Of a DNA stretch of 64,000 nt, positions 10,751 through 20,027 are shown piece by piece (position 1 is the stretch's first letter; each line of letters starts with the position of its first letter). A program made the position numbers and the translations under genes. Source of the DNA: an uncultured Erysipelotrichaceae bacterium. Lineage in GTDB: Bacteria; Bacillota_I; Bacilli_A; RF39; UBA660. The stretch is from assembly GCA_963535465.1 (NCBI GenBank), contig CAUSWF010000002.1, positions 64,606-128,605 of the forward strand. The letters run 5' to 3'. The notes under the pieces are model-generated. The model was not told the DNA's origin and searched no databases. It saw only the letters and a list, made by a program, of their open reading frames with translations.

Positions 10751-13183
10751 ATGACTCAAATAAAATTTGATAAATCTAAAAAATATTATGATAGTAAATT
10801 AAATAAATACTATGGTTAGGGTATTTGGTTTAAGGATACTAATGATGATGGTAAATATAATGAAGGAGAATCTTTAATTCCTATGGGAAATAGAATTAAA
10901 AATTCTAATAATTCTTATGTACAATTAAATTCTGATGGAAGTAGAACTTTATTATATTCTAAAGGTAAATTTACTAATACTAATATTTCAAATGTAGATA
11001 AATAGGCTATATCTAAAGGATTAATATATGGACGCAATGCTTCTTTACAAAATAATAAATATGTAAGATCTAATAATGGCATAAGTAATTGGGATATAGA
11101 TACAGTTAGACAAAAAAATAAAGATGGAAGTTATACAGATATTAATAATAATACATCTTTTATATATAATAAAAATAAATATATTGGAACAGCTGGCAGT
11201 AAAAATGTAATAGATTTATATCATAACGTAGTAAGTAATGATGGAGGTAAAACTTGGTCTAGAAATTCTACAACTCAAAAATCTGTAAGTCCTTTTATTA
11301 CAAGACGCTATGGTACATAGCCTTTAGGTTAGTATTTAAATCCAGATACTAATATTAAAACAAATTATGCTGAAGTTAATTTTGGAGATACTAATGGTTA
11401 GAATCAATATTTAAAAAATAATTATTGGGTATATGATGATGGTAATGGTAATGTTCAAACTATCGGATTTAGGTATAAAGATGGTAAAGATTATGCGTTT
11501 TTATCAGACGATAATAATTTTTTAAATGATAATGTTTCTGGTATTTTAAAATCTAAATAGAGTATAGGTTCATCTAAACTTAAATCTTATAGTGCTGGTT
11601 TTACTCCAGGTATGGAAAAATGGAGAGGAAAAGGTGGATGGTATACAAATGTAGGATAGGATCTCCCCGATATAGTATACGGTGCTAAAGATGGTTATTT
11701 ATATAATAAACAAGGATAGCAAATAGGATTTAATGCAAATGGTACTTATTATTTAAAAAATAATATTATTGCTTCTGAAGAAAAACCTACATTTAAGAAT
11801 ACTTTAGTAAATGGGTGGTCTGGCTTAGTACAAGACTTTAGTAATTTAAGTTCTAGATTTGATCCTTCTAATAATTAGGGTTTCCAAAATAGATTTACTG
11901 GAATATTTGGAGATTTAGGTAGAGGAATACAGCATGCTGCATAGGGTACTGTAGGGGCATTAGCTACTGCTATTATTCCAGATAGTTTGAATGAAACCAT
12001 AGGTAAGTATGGTTAGATTACCGATATAGGAAAAGATTTAAGAAGTATAACTAGTTTATTTGGTAATGGGAAATTTGTTACACCTTGGGATTAGGATAAC
12101 CATGGCCTTGTTGATTACGCAGATATAATTGGCAACAAACAAGGTCTTCAAGATATAAACGATGCATTAAATGGAGCAACTGTTTTAATCGGAACTAAAG
12201 GATTAGGCACAACAAAAGAAGTTTTAAAAGGAACACTGCAGGGAACAAAAGCTATGAGGTTTACTGAAGCTGCTCTTAAAGGAGCAAAAAATACTTCTAA
12301 AAATATATATTCAAATGGAGCATATTATACAGGAAAAGCAGGATTACGTCCAAGTAATATTACTCCTATGATTAATGCTGTTAAACAAGGTTTTAAAAAT
12401 GCACGTACTTATTATGAAGAATCTGCTCCAGTAGTAACAAAACCAACAATAGTTGAGTCTAAACCAGTAACAGCAGGTACAAAATAGTATATACAACCTA
12501 CAATAAAAAAACTTAATCCAAATAAAGGTGCTGAAGTAGTATATAATATGAAATTTAATCCTGTTTAGGAAGCTTAGAATATAATGGCTAAACCTAAATT
12601 TATATTTAAAGAAAATTCTATAGTACATGTTCCTAAAGGATTACCTGTAAAAGTAGAATAGCCTGTACTAACATAGCAACCTGTTGTTAAACCGTCTGTA
12701 CAAAAAATTCCTAAAACTGCACCTAAACAATTAACTTTAGAGTTTGTGGAAGATAAACCTAAATATGTACAACCTATATTAAAACAGCTTAATGATGCTA
12801 AAAAAGCTGAAATTGCAAGTAAAATAGTTCCTATAGATTATGCAAATGTAGCACATACTATAATGTAGTCTAAACCTACTATATAGCTTCCAGAATTTAG
12901 ATTTTCTTCTAAATTTAATCCTGTTTCTGAAGCTAAAGCTAGAACAGTTAGTAATACTTCAAATGTAGGAAATATTCCTAATAAAAATATTAAGTATGTA
13001 GAAAGTCAACCTACAGTTAATAATTCTAAAATACTACAGTGGAAGCAAGCTAAAGAAATTAAAGCAGTACCTAAAACAATGAAACCTAAAAGTAAAAGTA
13101 AAATATTGAAAAAAGTAAATAAAAAATATTTAGGTGGAATTTTAAATAATAAATTTAATAATTGGATAAATGCAAATAACTAA
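10751..13183 (+). CDS. Large virion/tail-associated hypothetical protein (810 aa), recoded
   Basis: One frame is open from ATG 10751 to TAA 13181-13183 with 19 in-frame TAGs. It contains track ORF 12254..12487. C-terminal internal repeat: Y(I/V)QPxxKxLN...KFNPV(TAG/S)EA occurs twice. Confidence 0.55.
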
Positions 13184-13697
13184 TTTTATAAAATATATAT
13201 AGAGTTGGGAAGGAGGTTATGCTAATATACCTCAAGATAGTGGAGGTCCTACTAATAAAGGAATTACCCTAACTACTTTCCGATCTATATTTGGGCAAAA
13301 CAAAACAATAGATGATTTAAAGAAAATGACAGATGAGCAATGGTGGAAAGTATTTAAAACTAAATTTTGGGATAAATACAAAGCAGATAATATTAAAGAT
13401 GAATGGTTAAGATATTTATTAGTAGACTGGTTATGGTGTTCTGGTCAATGGGCTATTACTAAAGTTTAGAAATTACTGGGATTAAATCCAGATGGAATTG
13501 TCGGAGACAGAACTATAACAGCTATTAATAGTAAAAATCCTAAACAATTATTTGATACTATTTGGAAGATGAGAGAAAAATTCCTTCAAGATATTTCTAA
13601 AGGTAAGAATAGTATATTTTTAAAAGGATGGCTTAGACGTCTTAATGGGCTTAAATATGGTTATTTAGTAACTAGTAATAATAAAATATTAAAATGA
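13170..13697 (+). CDS. GH108-family N-acetylmuramidase with PG_binding_3-like C-terminus (endolysin), recoded
   Basis: WEGGYANIPQDSGGPTNKGIT is the GH108 signature, and LLGLNPDGIVGDRT is PG-binding-like. In-frame TAGs at 13200 and 13467. TGA at 13695-13697 overlaps the next ATG. Confidence 0.75.
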
Positions 13698-13924
13698 GTT
13701 TTATAACAAATTTTAAAGAATCCAATAGGTATAAACACTTTTGGTGTGCTATACCTATTGGATTAATTTTTACTATACTTTGTGTTATTGGGTGTGCAGG
13801 AGGTATGGAATTTAAAGATAAACAATATAGTAATTATTGGGATTGGAAAGATTTTGGATTTACTGTATTAGGAGGATTTGTCGGACAGATATTATAGATT
13901 ATATTAATATTAATTTTATTATAA
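13694..13924 (+). CDS. Small membrane protein (76 aa), lysis-cassette partner, recoded
   Basis: Hydrophobic segments WCAIPIGLIFTILCVIGCAGG and GFTVLGGFVGQIL(TAG)IILILILL. TAG at 13895, TAA at 13922. Confidence 0.5.
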
Positions 13925-15273
13925 TGCCAAAACCTTTTGATTTAGATTTACATAAAAGTTATAATGTAAATAATAAAAGTAAAAATTATAAGTCCTTTAC
14001 TGGGGCTAATGGAGAATTATGGTATACTGATAGACCTTTAATTACTTATAATAATAGTAAATTAGCTTATGTAACTAACGGAAGAAATGCTAGATGGGTT
14101 ACTGTTGGAAATGAATTTAATACTTAGCCTTAGATGTTATCTAGAGAACAAGCTGTAAAACGAGATCTTAATAAACCTAGAATACAAGCAGCTAATGATT
14201 TAACTTAGGGTTTAACTGATCTTATTACAGGAGGAATGGCTGGATCATTAAGAGAAGGGGCTTAGAATCTTACTAAAGGTAATTATATTAAGGGTATTTC
14301 ATAGTTAGCTACACCTGCCATGTTTGGATCTGGAATTGCAGGAAATATAGCAAGAGCAGGTGTCGGATCTTATAATTTATTAAATGAAGATAGAGTTAGA
14401 AAAACATATAAATATATTAATAATAAGGAATATGGGAATGCTGCTGTTTCTGGATTAGGAGATATTTTAAATGGAGGTATGGCTATACATGGTGGTACTT
14501 AGTTATTTAAAAACTACAGAATAGTTGAACCTAAATTATTAAGTGCTAATTTAAATAATAAAAATATGCCATATTACTCTTAGTTTGAATAGTAGGAAGC
14601 ATAGCAACATATGATATCTGATATAAAAAGAGGTTATTAGAATTTTAAAGATTGGATGACGAATCCTCATTATTTAGAATCTACTTTAGACAACATGGAA
14701 GAAGCTAAAAGAATGGGTTTAAAATATACACCTACTTATGATAAACCTCATTATAAAGCACTAATGTAGAACGGTATTAAAATTAATTTTAAGAAATAGA
14801 TGCAGGGTAATGGTGCTACTAGTTAGTTTGGTGCATAGGCCGGACATCCTGCTGAAGTTGATTTAAATTTAGGATCACCACAATCATTTTTTAATACTGT
14901 AAGACATGAATCTGGGCATGCTGCTTATCATGGTAATGGGTTAACTCCAGATGAACTTAAATATTTAAGATTTAAAACTCATTAGGCTTTTATAGATAAG
15001 GCTGAGGCTGGTCCTTATGATTTTCATTAGTAGACTGGTGAAGCTGCTATGAACGGTAGAGATTTAGGACATGATTTAGGAATATCTGTAGGACAATCTT
15101 ATCCAGGATATTAGAAAGCTTTAGAAACATTAAATTCAGGACTAGGCAAATCTACAAAAGATGGAATGATTAAATTATTTAAAACAGATGAACAATCTAT
15201 GCCTTATGTATGGAAATTACTTAATGGTACTTTACTAGGAGGAGCTTTAGTAACTAAATTTAATAATAAATGA
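13924..15273 (+). CDS. HExxH zinc-metallopeptidase-motif protein (449 aa), recoded
   Basis: ATG 13924 overlaps the upstream TAA. 19 in-frame TAGs, TGA at 15271-15273. Contains VRHESGHAAYHG. It joins track ORFs 13837..14127 and 14320..14502. Confidence 0.55.
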
Positions 15274-15275
15274 AT

Positions 15276-15313
15276 AAAGGCGAGCATCAATTAAGATGTT
15301 CGCCTTTCTTTTT
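15276..15313. terminator. Intrinsic terminator closing the recoded plus-strand block (possibly bidirectional)
   Basis: aaaggcga (15276-83) pairs with tcgccttt (15300-07), followed by a T-run. It lies 3 nt after the TGA of 13924..15273. Confidence 0.7.
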
Positions 15314-15576
15314 AAATTTAAAATTATGAAAAACTTTATTAATTTCTTTTTCTAGATCTTCTTTTATTTTTCTATTAATTCTATCAGCAATTTCTTGCTA
15401 CCTAATACATATTTTCCAAGAAGATTTTTCATTTTCTATCTGGATCTATTGATAGTTTATTTAACTCATCTTGATAATCTAAAAACCAAGATTCGTCTAA
15501 ACATTTATTATCTGTACATAACTTTCTAAATGTATATAAATTCTTAATTAAAAACTTAGAAAGTTTCTTAAGTATT

Positions 15577-15780
15577 TTAATTTTTAATTTCATCCAATAA
15601 TTTTTGTTTCCAAAATAAATATTCTTTTGAATTTTCTAGTTTATGTAATTTAAAGAATTTCTTTATTCTTTTTATATTCTTTATACTATGATATAGTTTA
15701 TTCTTATAACATTCTGAAATTTCATCATTAGATACATTAAAATACTTACAAAGTTTAATCATTAAGTGGTATACTAACAT
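15577..15780 (-). CDS. Hypothetical protein (67 aa)
   Basis: ORF-track ORF. The ATG begins 2 nt after the 3' end of the upstream suppressor tRNA. Confidence 0.45.
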   Translation of the reverse strand: MLVYHLMIKLCKYFNVSNDEISECYKNKLYHSIKNIKRIKKFFKLHKLENSKEYLFWKQKLLDEIKN

Positions 15781-15782
15781 AG

Positions 15783-15870
15783 TTGCCTCGCTAGGATTCG
15801 AACCCAGATTGACGCCCTCAGAAGGCTACAGATTTAGAGTCTGCCGTAATAACCATTATACTACAAGGCA
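15783..15870 (-). tRNA. Suppressor tRNA, anticodon CUA (reads TAG), 88 nt with long variable arm (type II architecture)
   Basis: Reverse complement: TGCCTTG TA GTATAATGGTTATTAC G GCAGA CTCTAAA TCTGT AGCCTTCTGAGGGCGTCAAT CTGGG TTCGAAT CCTAG CGAGGCA A. It has a 7-bp acceptor stem (U1-A72), a 7-nt loop with C34 U35 A36, and A73. Confidence 0.85.
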
Positions 15871-15876
15871 TTAAAG

Positions 15877-15948
15877 TTATCCCACTAGGATTCGAACCCA
15901 GACTAAGAGGGTTAGAGCCTCCTGTGCTAGCCGTTACACCATAGGACA
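15877..15948 (-). tRNA. Suppressor tRNA, anticodon CUA (reads TAG), 72 nt, tRNA-Gln-like
   Basis: Reverse complement: TGTCCTA TG GTGTAACGGCTAGCAC A GGAGG CTCTAAC CCTCT TAGT CTGGG TTCGAAT CCTAG TGGGATA A. U1-A72 is present, and the D arm is nearly identical to the phage tRNA-Gln(UUG) at 31788..31858. Confidence 0.85.
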
Positions 15949-15954
15949 ATAAAT

Positions 15955-15969
15955 GTGGGAGCCGCCCAC
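15955..15969 (-). promoter_or_regulatory. GC-rich hairpin 6 nt upstream of the suppressor tRNA pair (terminator/attenuator or processing signal)
   Basis: gtggg-agccg-cccac. On the transcribed (minus) strand the hairpin is followed by AUUUAUU and then tRNA nucleotide 1. Confidence 0.4.
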
Positions 15970-16134
15970 TTAATAAAATAAAAGATTTATTGGCTAAATA
16001 ATCTTAATTATTAAAATACTCAATCACCATCCTTTATATTCTCCTTAAGTATTTTAATTTCTTCACTTAGTATTGCTAAAGCATGTCTTGCTTGAAATAA
16101 TCTATTTTCTAATTCAGAAAATATTTTATCTTTA

Positions 16135-16503
16135 TTAATCATTTAAATACGTTACTAAGCGTTTTATTTCTGCACGTACTGTGTTATGTACTACAGTTTT
16201 AAACATATCAAGTACTTCGCTTGCAGTATTGTTTAAATTCCACTCATTGAGGGTTTTACCTGTTTGAGTTTCTACTTGCTCACAAGCTTTATTGAAAACA
16301 TCATCATCTAAATTATTTAAATAATCCTTAAGTTCTTTAGCAGATTTAAGTTCACTTTCATCACCAACTAACTTAATTGATATTGTTCCGTCTTCCTTAT
16401 TAATTTCATCTACTTTATAAGTAATGCCATCAATAATATAATTTTCCTCTTCTATACTATTTTCGGCAATACTATTAATTAAATTTTGTAATACTTCTTG
16501 CAT
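16135..16503 (-). CDS. Acidic hypothetical protein
   Basis: ORF-track ORF, no motif recognised. Confidence 0.5.
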   Translation of the reverse strand: MQEVLQNLINSIAENSIEEENYIIDGITYKVDEINKEDGTISIKLVGDESELKSAKELKDYLNNLDDDVFNKACEQVETQTGKTLNEWNLNNTASEVLDMFKTVVHNTVRAEIKRLVTYLND

Positions 16504-16707
16504 GTTTATTATTTAATTTTTAACTGTTACAATTATATATAAATATTAATTTATTACCAAATATAAAATGTTAATTTTTGTTGTTTTGTACTAAATTTTC
16601 TAATTTTAAAATTCTTTCTTTAAGCGACTTAATATCATTAGTATTCTTTTGTATTCTCTGTTCATGATTCTCAAGAACAGATATAATTTCTTGGTTTATT
16701 TCTTTTT

Positions 16708-18180
16708 TCATAATATAAATTTATAAATAGTTACTCTTTTATAATCTACTTGTTTTCTTGTCTTTTTAAATTCAGGAAAAAATGATTTTATTGTATTATT
16801 ATTCCATGTAAGTTGGTGTTCTTTTAATAAAGGTTTAAATATTTCCTGTATTTCATCTGAAGTATATTCTGATTTATTCAGTTCTACTAATTTATTATAT
16901 ATAAAAGGCAAGCCATGTTTAATTTTACTTGTAGCAATATTTGGTGTAAATGAATATTCCTCTGCTTCTTTTAATACTGCTAAACTATCAGAATAAATTT
17001 CACTAATTAAATCGTAGTTATATAGATCCAGTTTTCTAAGATTATCATCGTAAAATATCTTATCATTATGTTTATTAAGATATAAATTATAATAAGTATC
17101 TTTACTAAATAATTTTAATTCAGTTATATAATCATCAGCATCTAATTTATCTGTAAGTTCTGCTTTTCGTATACCTCTTCTTCTGGAATCTTCTACTAAA
17201 TTTAGAAAGTCTGTTTTAATAGTTCCTGCATATCTATGTTTATTTGTATTTAATATAAGTATACATTCATCTTTATATTTAGAATCTCGAAGTCGTCCAC
17301 ATACTTGTCTAACTTTAGTAGCTATATCTAATACTGTATTAGATACATTAGTATCTGATAATATTATACATAATCCATTTTTATCGTAAATATCACATCC
17401 TTCAAAAGCACATGATGTATAAAAATTTAAATGTTTTACTTCTGAATTTACTTCTGCATAATTACGTATTTTATTTTTACTATTTACTGAGCATACTACT
17501 CTATAATCTGGATTATCTAATTTTTTAATGATCGCATTTATTGTAGCTATAGAATTTAAAAATATATGTAAGTTTCTATCTTTATACATATCTATAATAT
17601 ATAATAATTCTTTCTGCACATAAAAAGTATCTCGAATATTTAGTTTAACAGGAACAGAATTTTGCCATTCATATGTAATTTGAGGTATATCCTTTAACTC
17701 TTCTAAAATACATTCAGGCTTAAGCGGAGTAGCTGTTAAGAATGCCCAATCTTTAAATTTATTAAAGTTTTGAAGAATATTTACAATAGCATCATTTCTA
17801 AAACTATAATCATTAAATAATAAGTGATATTCATCTATTAGTAAAAAATAATCTGGATAATTAGGAATTAACTCCATAAGTCTTGGAAGAGAATCATATG
17901 TAGCTATAATCTTTTTATATTCTAATGCTTTCTTTAAATAATTTTTAATTACTGTATTACCTACATCTCCCGTAACTCCTAGAACATTATCATTTGATTT
18001 AGATATTACTAAATTTTTAGTAGGACTAAGTATTAAACTATTCCGCCTAGCATTGATTTCAAGAGTTGTTCCGCCACAACCTGTGATTCCTTTATTAATA
18101 AGACAGTGTGATGGTAATTCATTAATTATATCTGATAAATATTGACACTTTTTGTCAATTAAAATTTTTTCATTTTGCAT
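16708..18180 (-). CDS. SF2 helicase-like protein with atypical motif I
   Basis: LLIDEYH (motif II DExH), FLTATP (motif III) and VRQVCGRLRD (motif VI). Motif I reads GITGCGGTT, with no Walker lysine. Confidence 0.6.
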   Translation of the reverse strand: MQNEKILIDKKCQYLSDIINELPSHCLINKGITGCGGTTLEINARRNSLILSPTKNLVISKSNDNVLGVTGDVGNTVIKNYLKKALEYKKIIATYDSLPRLMELIPNYPDYFLLIDEYHLLFNDYSFRNDAIVNILQNFNKFKDWAFLTATPLKPECILEELKDIPQITYEWQNSVPVKLNIRDTFYVQKELLYIIDMYKDRNLHIFLNSIATINAIIKKLDNPDYRVVCSVNSKNKIRNYAEVNSEVKHLNFYTSCAFEGCDIYDKNGLCIILSDTNVSNTVLDIATKVRQVCGRLRDSKYKDECILILNTNKHRYAGTIKTDFLNLVEDSRRRGIRKAELTDKLDADDYITELKLFSKDTYYNLYLNKHNDKIFYDDNLRKLDLYNYDLISEIYSDSLAVLKEAEEYSFTPNIATSKIKHGLPFIYNKLVELNKSEYTSDEIQEIFKPLLKEHQLTWNNNTIKSFFPEFKKTRKQVDYKRVTIYKFIL

Positions 18181-18230
18181 ATTTTTAAAATTTTAAATTT
18201 ATTAGTACTTAAGTATGAAAAAAGGTTCTC

Positions 18231-18307
18231 GTGTCAAACCTTAATATTATAGTGCCAAGACAAAATCGGGATTGTGTCAAGACATATCTTGTGCAGTAAC
18301 CAAGACA
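18231..18307. repeat. Iteron-like direct repeats (C/T)CAAGACA x3 at 22-23 bp spacing plus a GTGTCAAAC half-site
   Basis: ccaagaca at 18255, tcaagaca at 18277 and ccaagaca at 18300; gtgtcaaacc at 18231. They lie in the divergent intergenic region 18181-18636. Confidence 0.5.
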
Positions 18308-18636
18308 ATGCTAAAGTAAATATATTATTTTTATTTTCAAATTATATTTTTAATTTTAACATTTTTTTATTTAATCTTTCCCCCCCCATTTTAAAAATGT
18401 AGTTCGTTTTAAATTTATTATAATATCGTATAAACGAGAGTATAATTAAAAAATTTATAAGTTATATGAGAGAGAGTCCACTCCCTTCGGTCGCCCCCCG
18501 CCTATCGTCGTGGGAAAATAGTCTACATTTATAAACTCCTATATGAATTTAGGGGATTGAACATTAAAAGATTGTTTAATCCAGGCTAAGTACGCATGCC
18601 TTAAATTGCGCACACCTCAAAAAGGATTAAGACTTA

Positions 18637-18942
18637 ATGAATTTCATTAATCTTACTCCACACGCTATTGTGCTGAACGATGGTGCAGTGTACCAGCCTT
18701 CTGGTACTATAGCACGCGTTTCGGCTCAGTTCAGCGAGGTTGTAGATGGATTCTGCACACAGACCTTCGGGGATGTTGTAGGACTGCCTGCACCTCAGGA
18801 TGGTGTGTACTACATCGTATCTGCTATGGTCTTTGCAGCCACAGACAGAGTTGATGTAGTTGCACCAGCCACTGGGCATCCTGCGTGTGTAAGGAATGAC
18901 AAAGGTCAGATAGTATCTGTACCTTGCTTCCTTAGACACTAA
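18637..18942 (+). CDS. Hypothetical protein (101 aa), G+C-richer island
   Basis: ORF-track ORF starting MNFINLTPHAIVLNDG.... The antisense ORF 18634..18975 is judged a shadow. Confidence 0.55.
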   Translation: MNFINLTPHAIVLNDGAVYQPSGTIARVSAQFSEVVDGFCTQTFGDVVGLPAPQDGVYYIVSAMVFAATDRVDVVAPATGHPACVRNDKGQIVSVPCFLRH

Positions 18943-19067
18943 GGACGTGTGGGACTTTGGTTTAGGCAATACCAAAGGTTGTAGATAAAATTGCAGCTGA
19001 GCTAAAGGAGTGGTAGCTTTATGTCCACTCCGTAGTTTATAATTCTTTTATAAACTTTAATAAAATC

Positions 19068-19691
19068 ATGGCAAAACGTGATTCTTATTTAAAGCTTATA
19101 GTCAGAGCAGAATTCGAAGAGAAGACTGTCTGTGCTTATGAAGATGGGGATGAAACTTTCCACACAATACATCACGGCGATGCTTGTGAGGCAAGTACAT
19201 TTCAGGTCTTCAAAAGGGCATGGGTAGAAGTTTATTCGATCTTTCCTGCGGAAAAGAAGTTATTGAAAGAATTTAATGACTTAGTTGCATCTAAGAAGGA
19301 TGCATTCTACGCATTAAGAGATTCTTTCAGTGAGTTCTATGAATTCCCTAAGATCGAGATAAACACTTCTCGTGTGGAGTTCTGCGAAGAAGAGAGAAAG
19401 CTAGGAGAGTTAGACCTCACTGAAGAAGAGTATGATCAGTTAAAAGCTGATAAGGACTTCTTTAGTAAAAGAGGTACTTTCGTTATATGCTATAACGGAA
19501 AGAACTTCAATGGTCTAGCTATTGCTGGTCAACCTGGATTCAACTCTAAATTTAACTGGGAACAGTTAAGATCAGAGTGGCATCCTAAGGAGATCAGCGG
19601 CATTCTTAGAGAAGATTGGGATTACCTGAAAAACAGGGATTACAGTCTTTTCGAAGACTTGCTCGAGGCTAGTCTCTCTGAACTGATGTAA
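19068..19691 (+). CDS. Hypothetical protein (207 aa), island
   Basis: ORF-track ORF, no motif recognised. Confidence 0.55.
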   Translation: MAKRDSYLKLIVRAEFEEKTVCAYEDGDETFHTIHHGDACEASTFQVFKRAWVEVYSIFPAEKKLLKEFNDLVASKKDAFYALRDSFSEFYEFPKIEINTSRVEFCEEERKLGELDLTEEEYDQLKADKDFFSKRGTFVICYNGKNFNGLAIAGQPGFNSKFNWEQLRSEWHPKEISGILREDWDYLKNRDYSLFEDLLEASLSELM

Positions 19692-19799
19692 GCTCAAGTT
19701 GAGTTGCTAAACTCAATATATAGAAAAAATTAGCTATGCGAAGCTACCTCGCAGAATAAGTAGGTAGCATAGTTTCAATTATCCTAAACATTAATAAAT

Positions 19800-19901
19800 A
19801 TGGATAAAAGAATCGTCATCATTGAACCAGACGGACGTGTTGCCGTGTTCAATGATAGAGGGGCTTTCCTCGCTTACTTAGAAAGTAAGAAAGAGGCGTA
19901 G
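19800..19901 (+). CDS. Small hypothetical protein (33 aa), island
   Basis: ATG 19800 gives MDKRIVIIEPDGRVAVFNDRGAFLAYLESKKEA. It ends in TAG at 19899-19901. Confidence 0.35.
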   Translation: MDKRIVIIEPDGRVAVFNDRGAFLAYLESKKEA

Positions 19902-20027
19902 TCTTCTCGAGTTGTGTTATGCCACACAACGTGTAGACAAAAGGCACCGAGTTCACTTGCTCTCGTAAAAGCAAGTACACTTTTAACAACCAGAAGTTGC
20001 GCACGACACGAATCAGTGCATAAAGTT

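Noticed and set aside
12344-12628. Minus-strand ORF inside the 810-aa recoded gene.
   Set aside because: It is antisense to a continuous read-through frame and its product is Phe/Tyr/Ile-rich and low-complexity.
1-15273. Possibility that TGA or TAA are also reassigned in the late block.
   Set aside because: Every read-through gene ends at a TGA or TAA that coincides with an overlapping or adjacent start (ATGA, TAATG). No long frames require TGA or TAA read-through.
18380-18388. C8 homopolymer (and a C6 at about 18494) in the intergenic region.
   Set aside because: It is non-coding, so no phase-variable ORF is affected. It is noted only as a potential sequencing-error or slippage site.
18634-18975. 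113-aa minus-strand ORF almost exactly antisense to 18637..18942. The same applies to 19874..20143 and 20222..20434, which are antisense to the 19914/20028 gene.
   Set aside because: These are typical shadow ORFs created by the higher G+C content of the island. The plus-strand frames have start contexts and terminators and tile with their neighbours.
19914-20027. N-terminal extension of the track ORF 19914..20537.
   Set aside because: The extension covers hairpin-rich sequence directly after the stop of a small ORF. The internal ATG at 20028 gives a cleaner gene.
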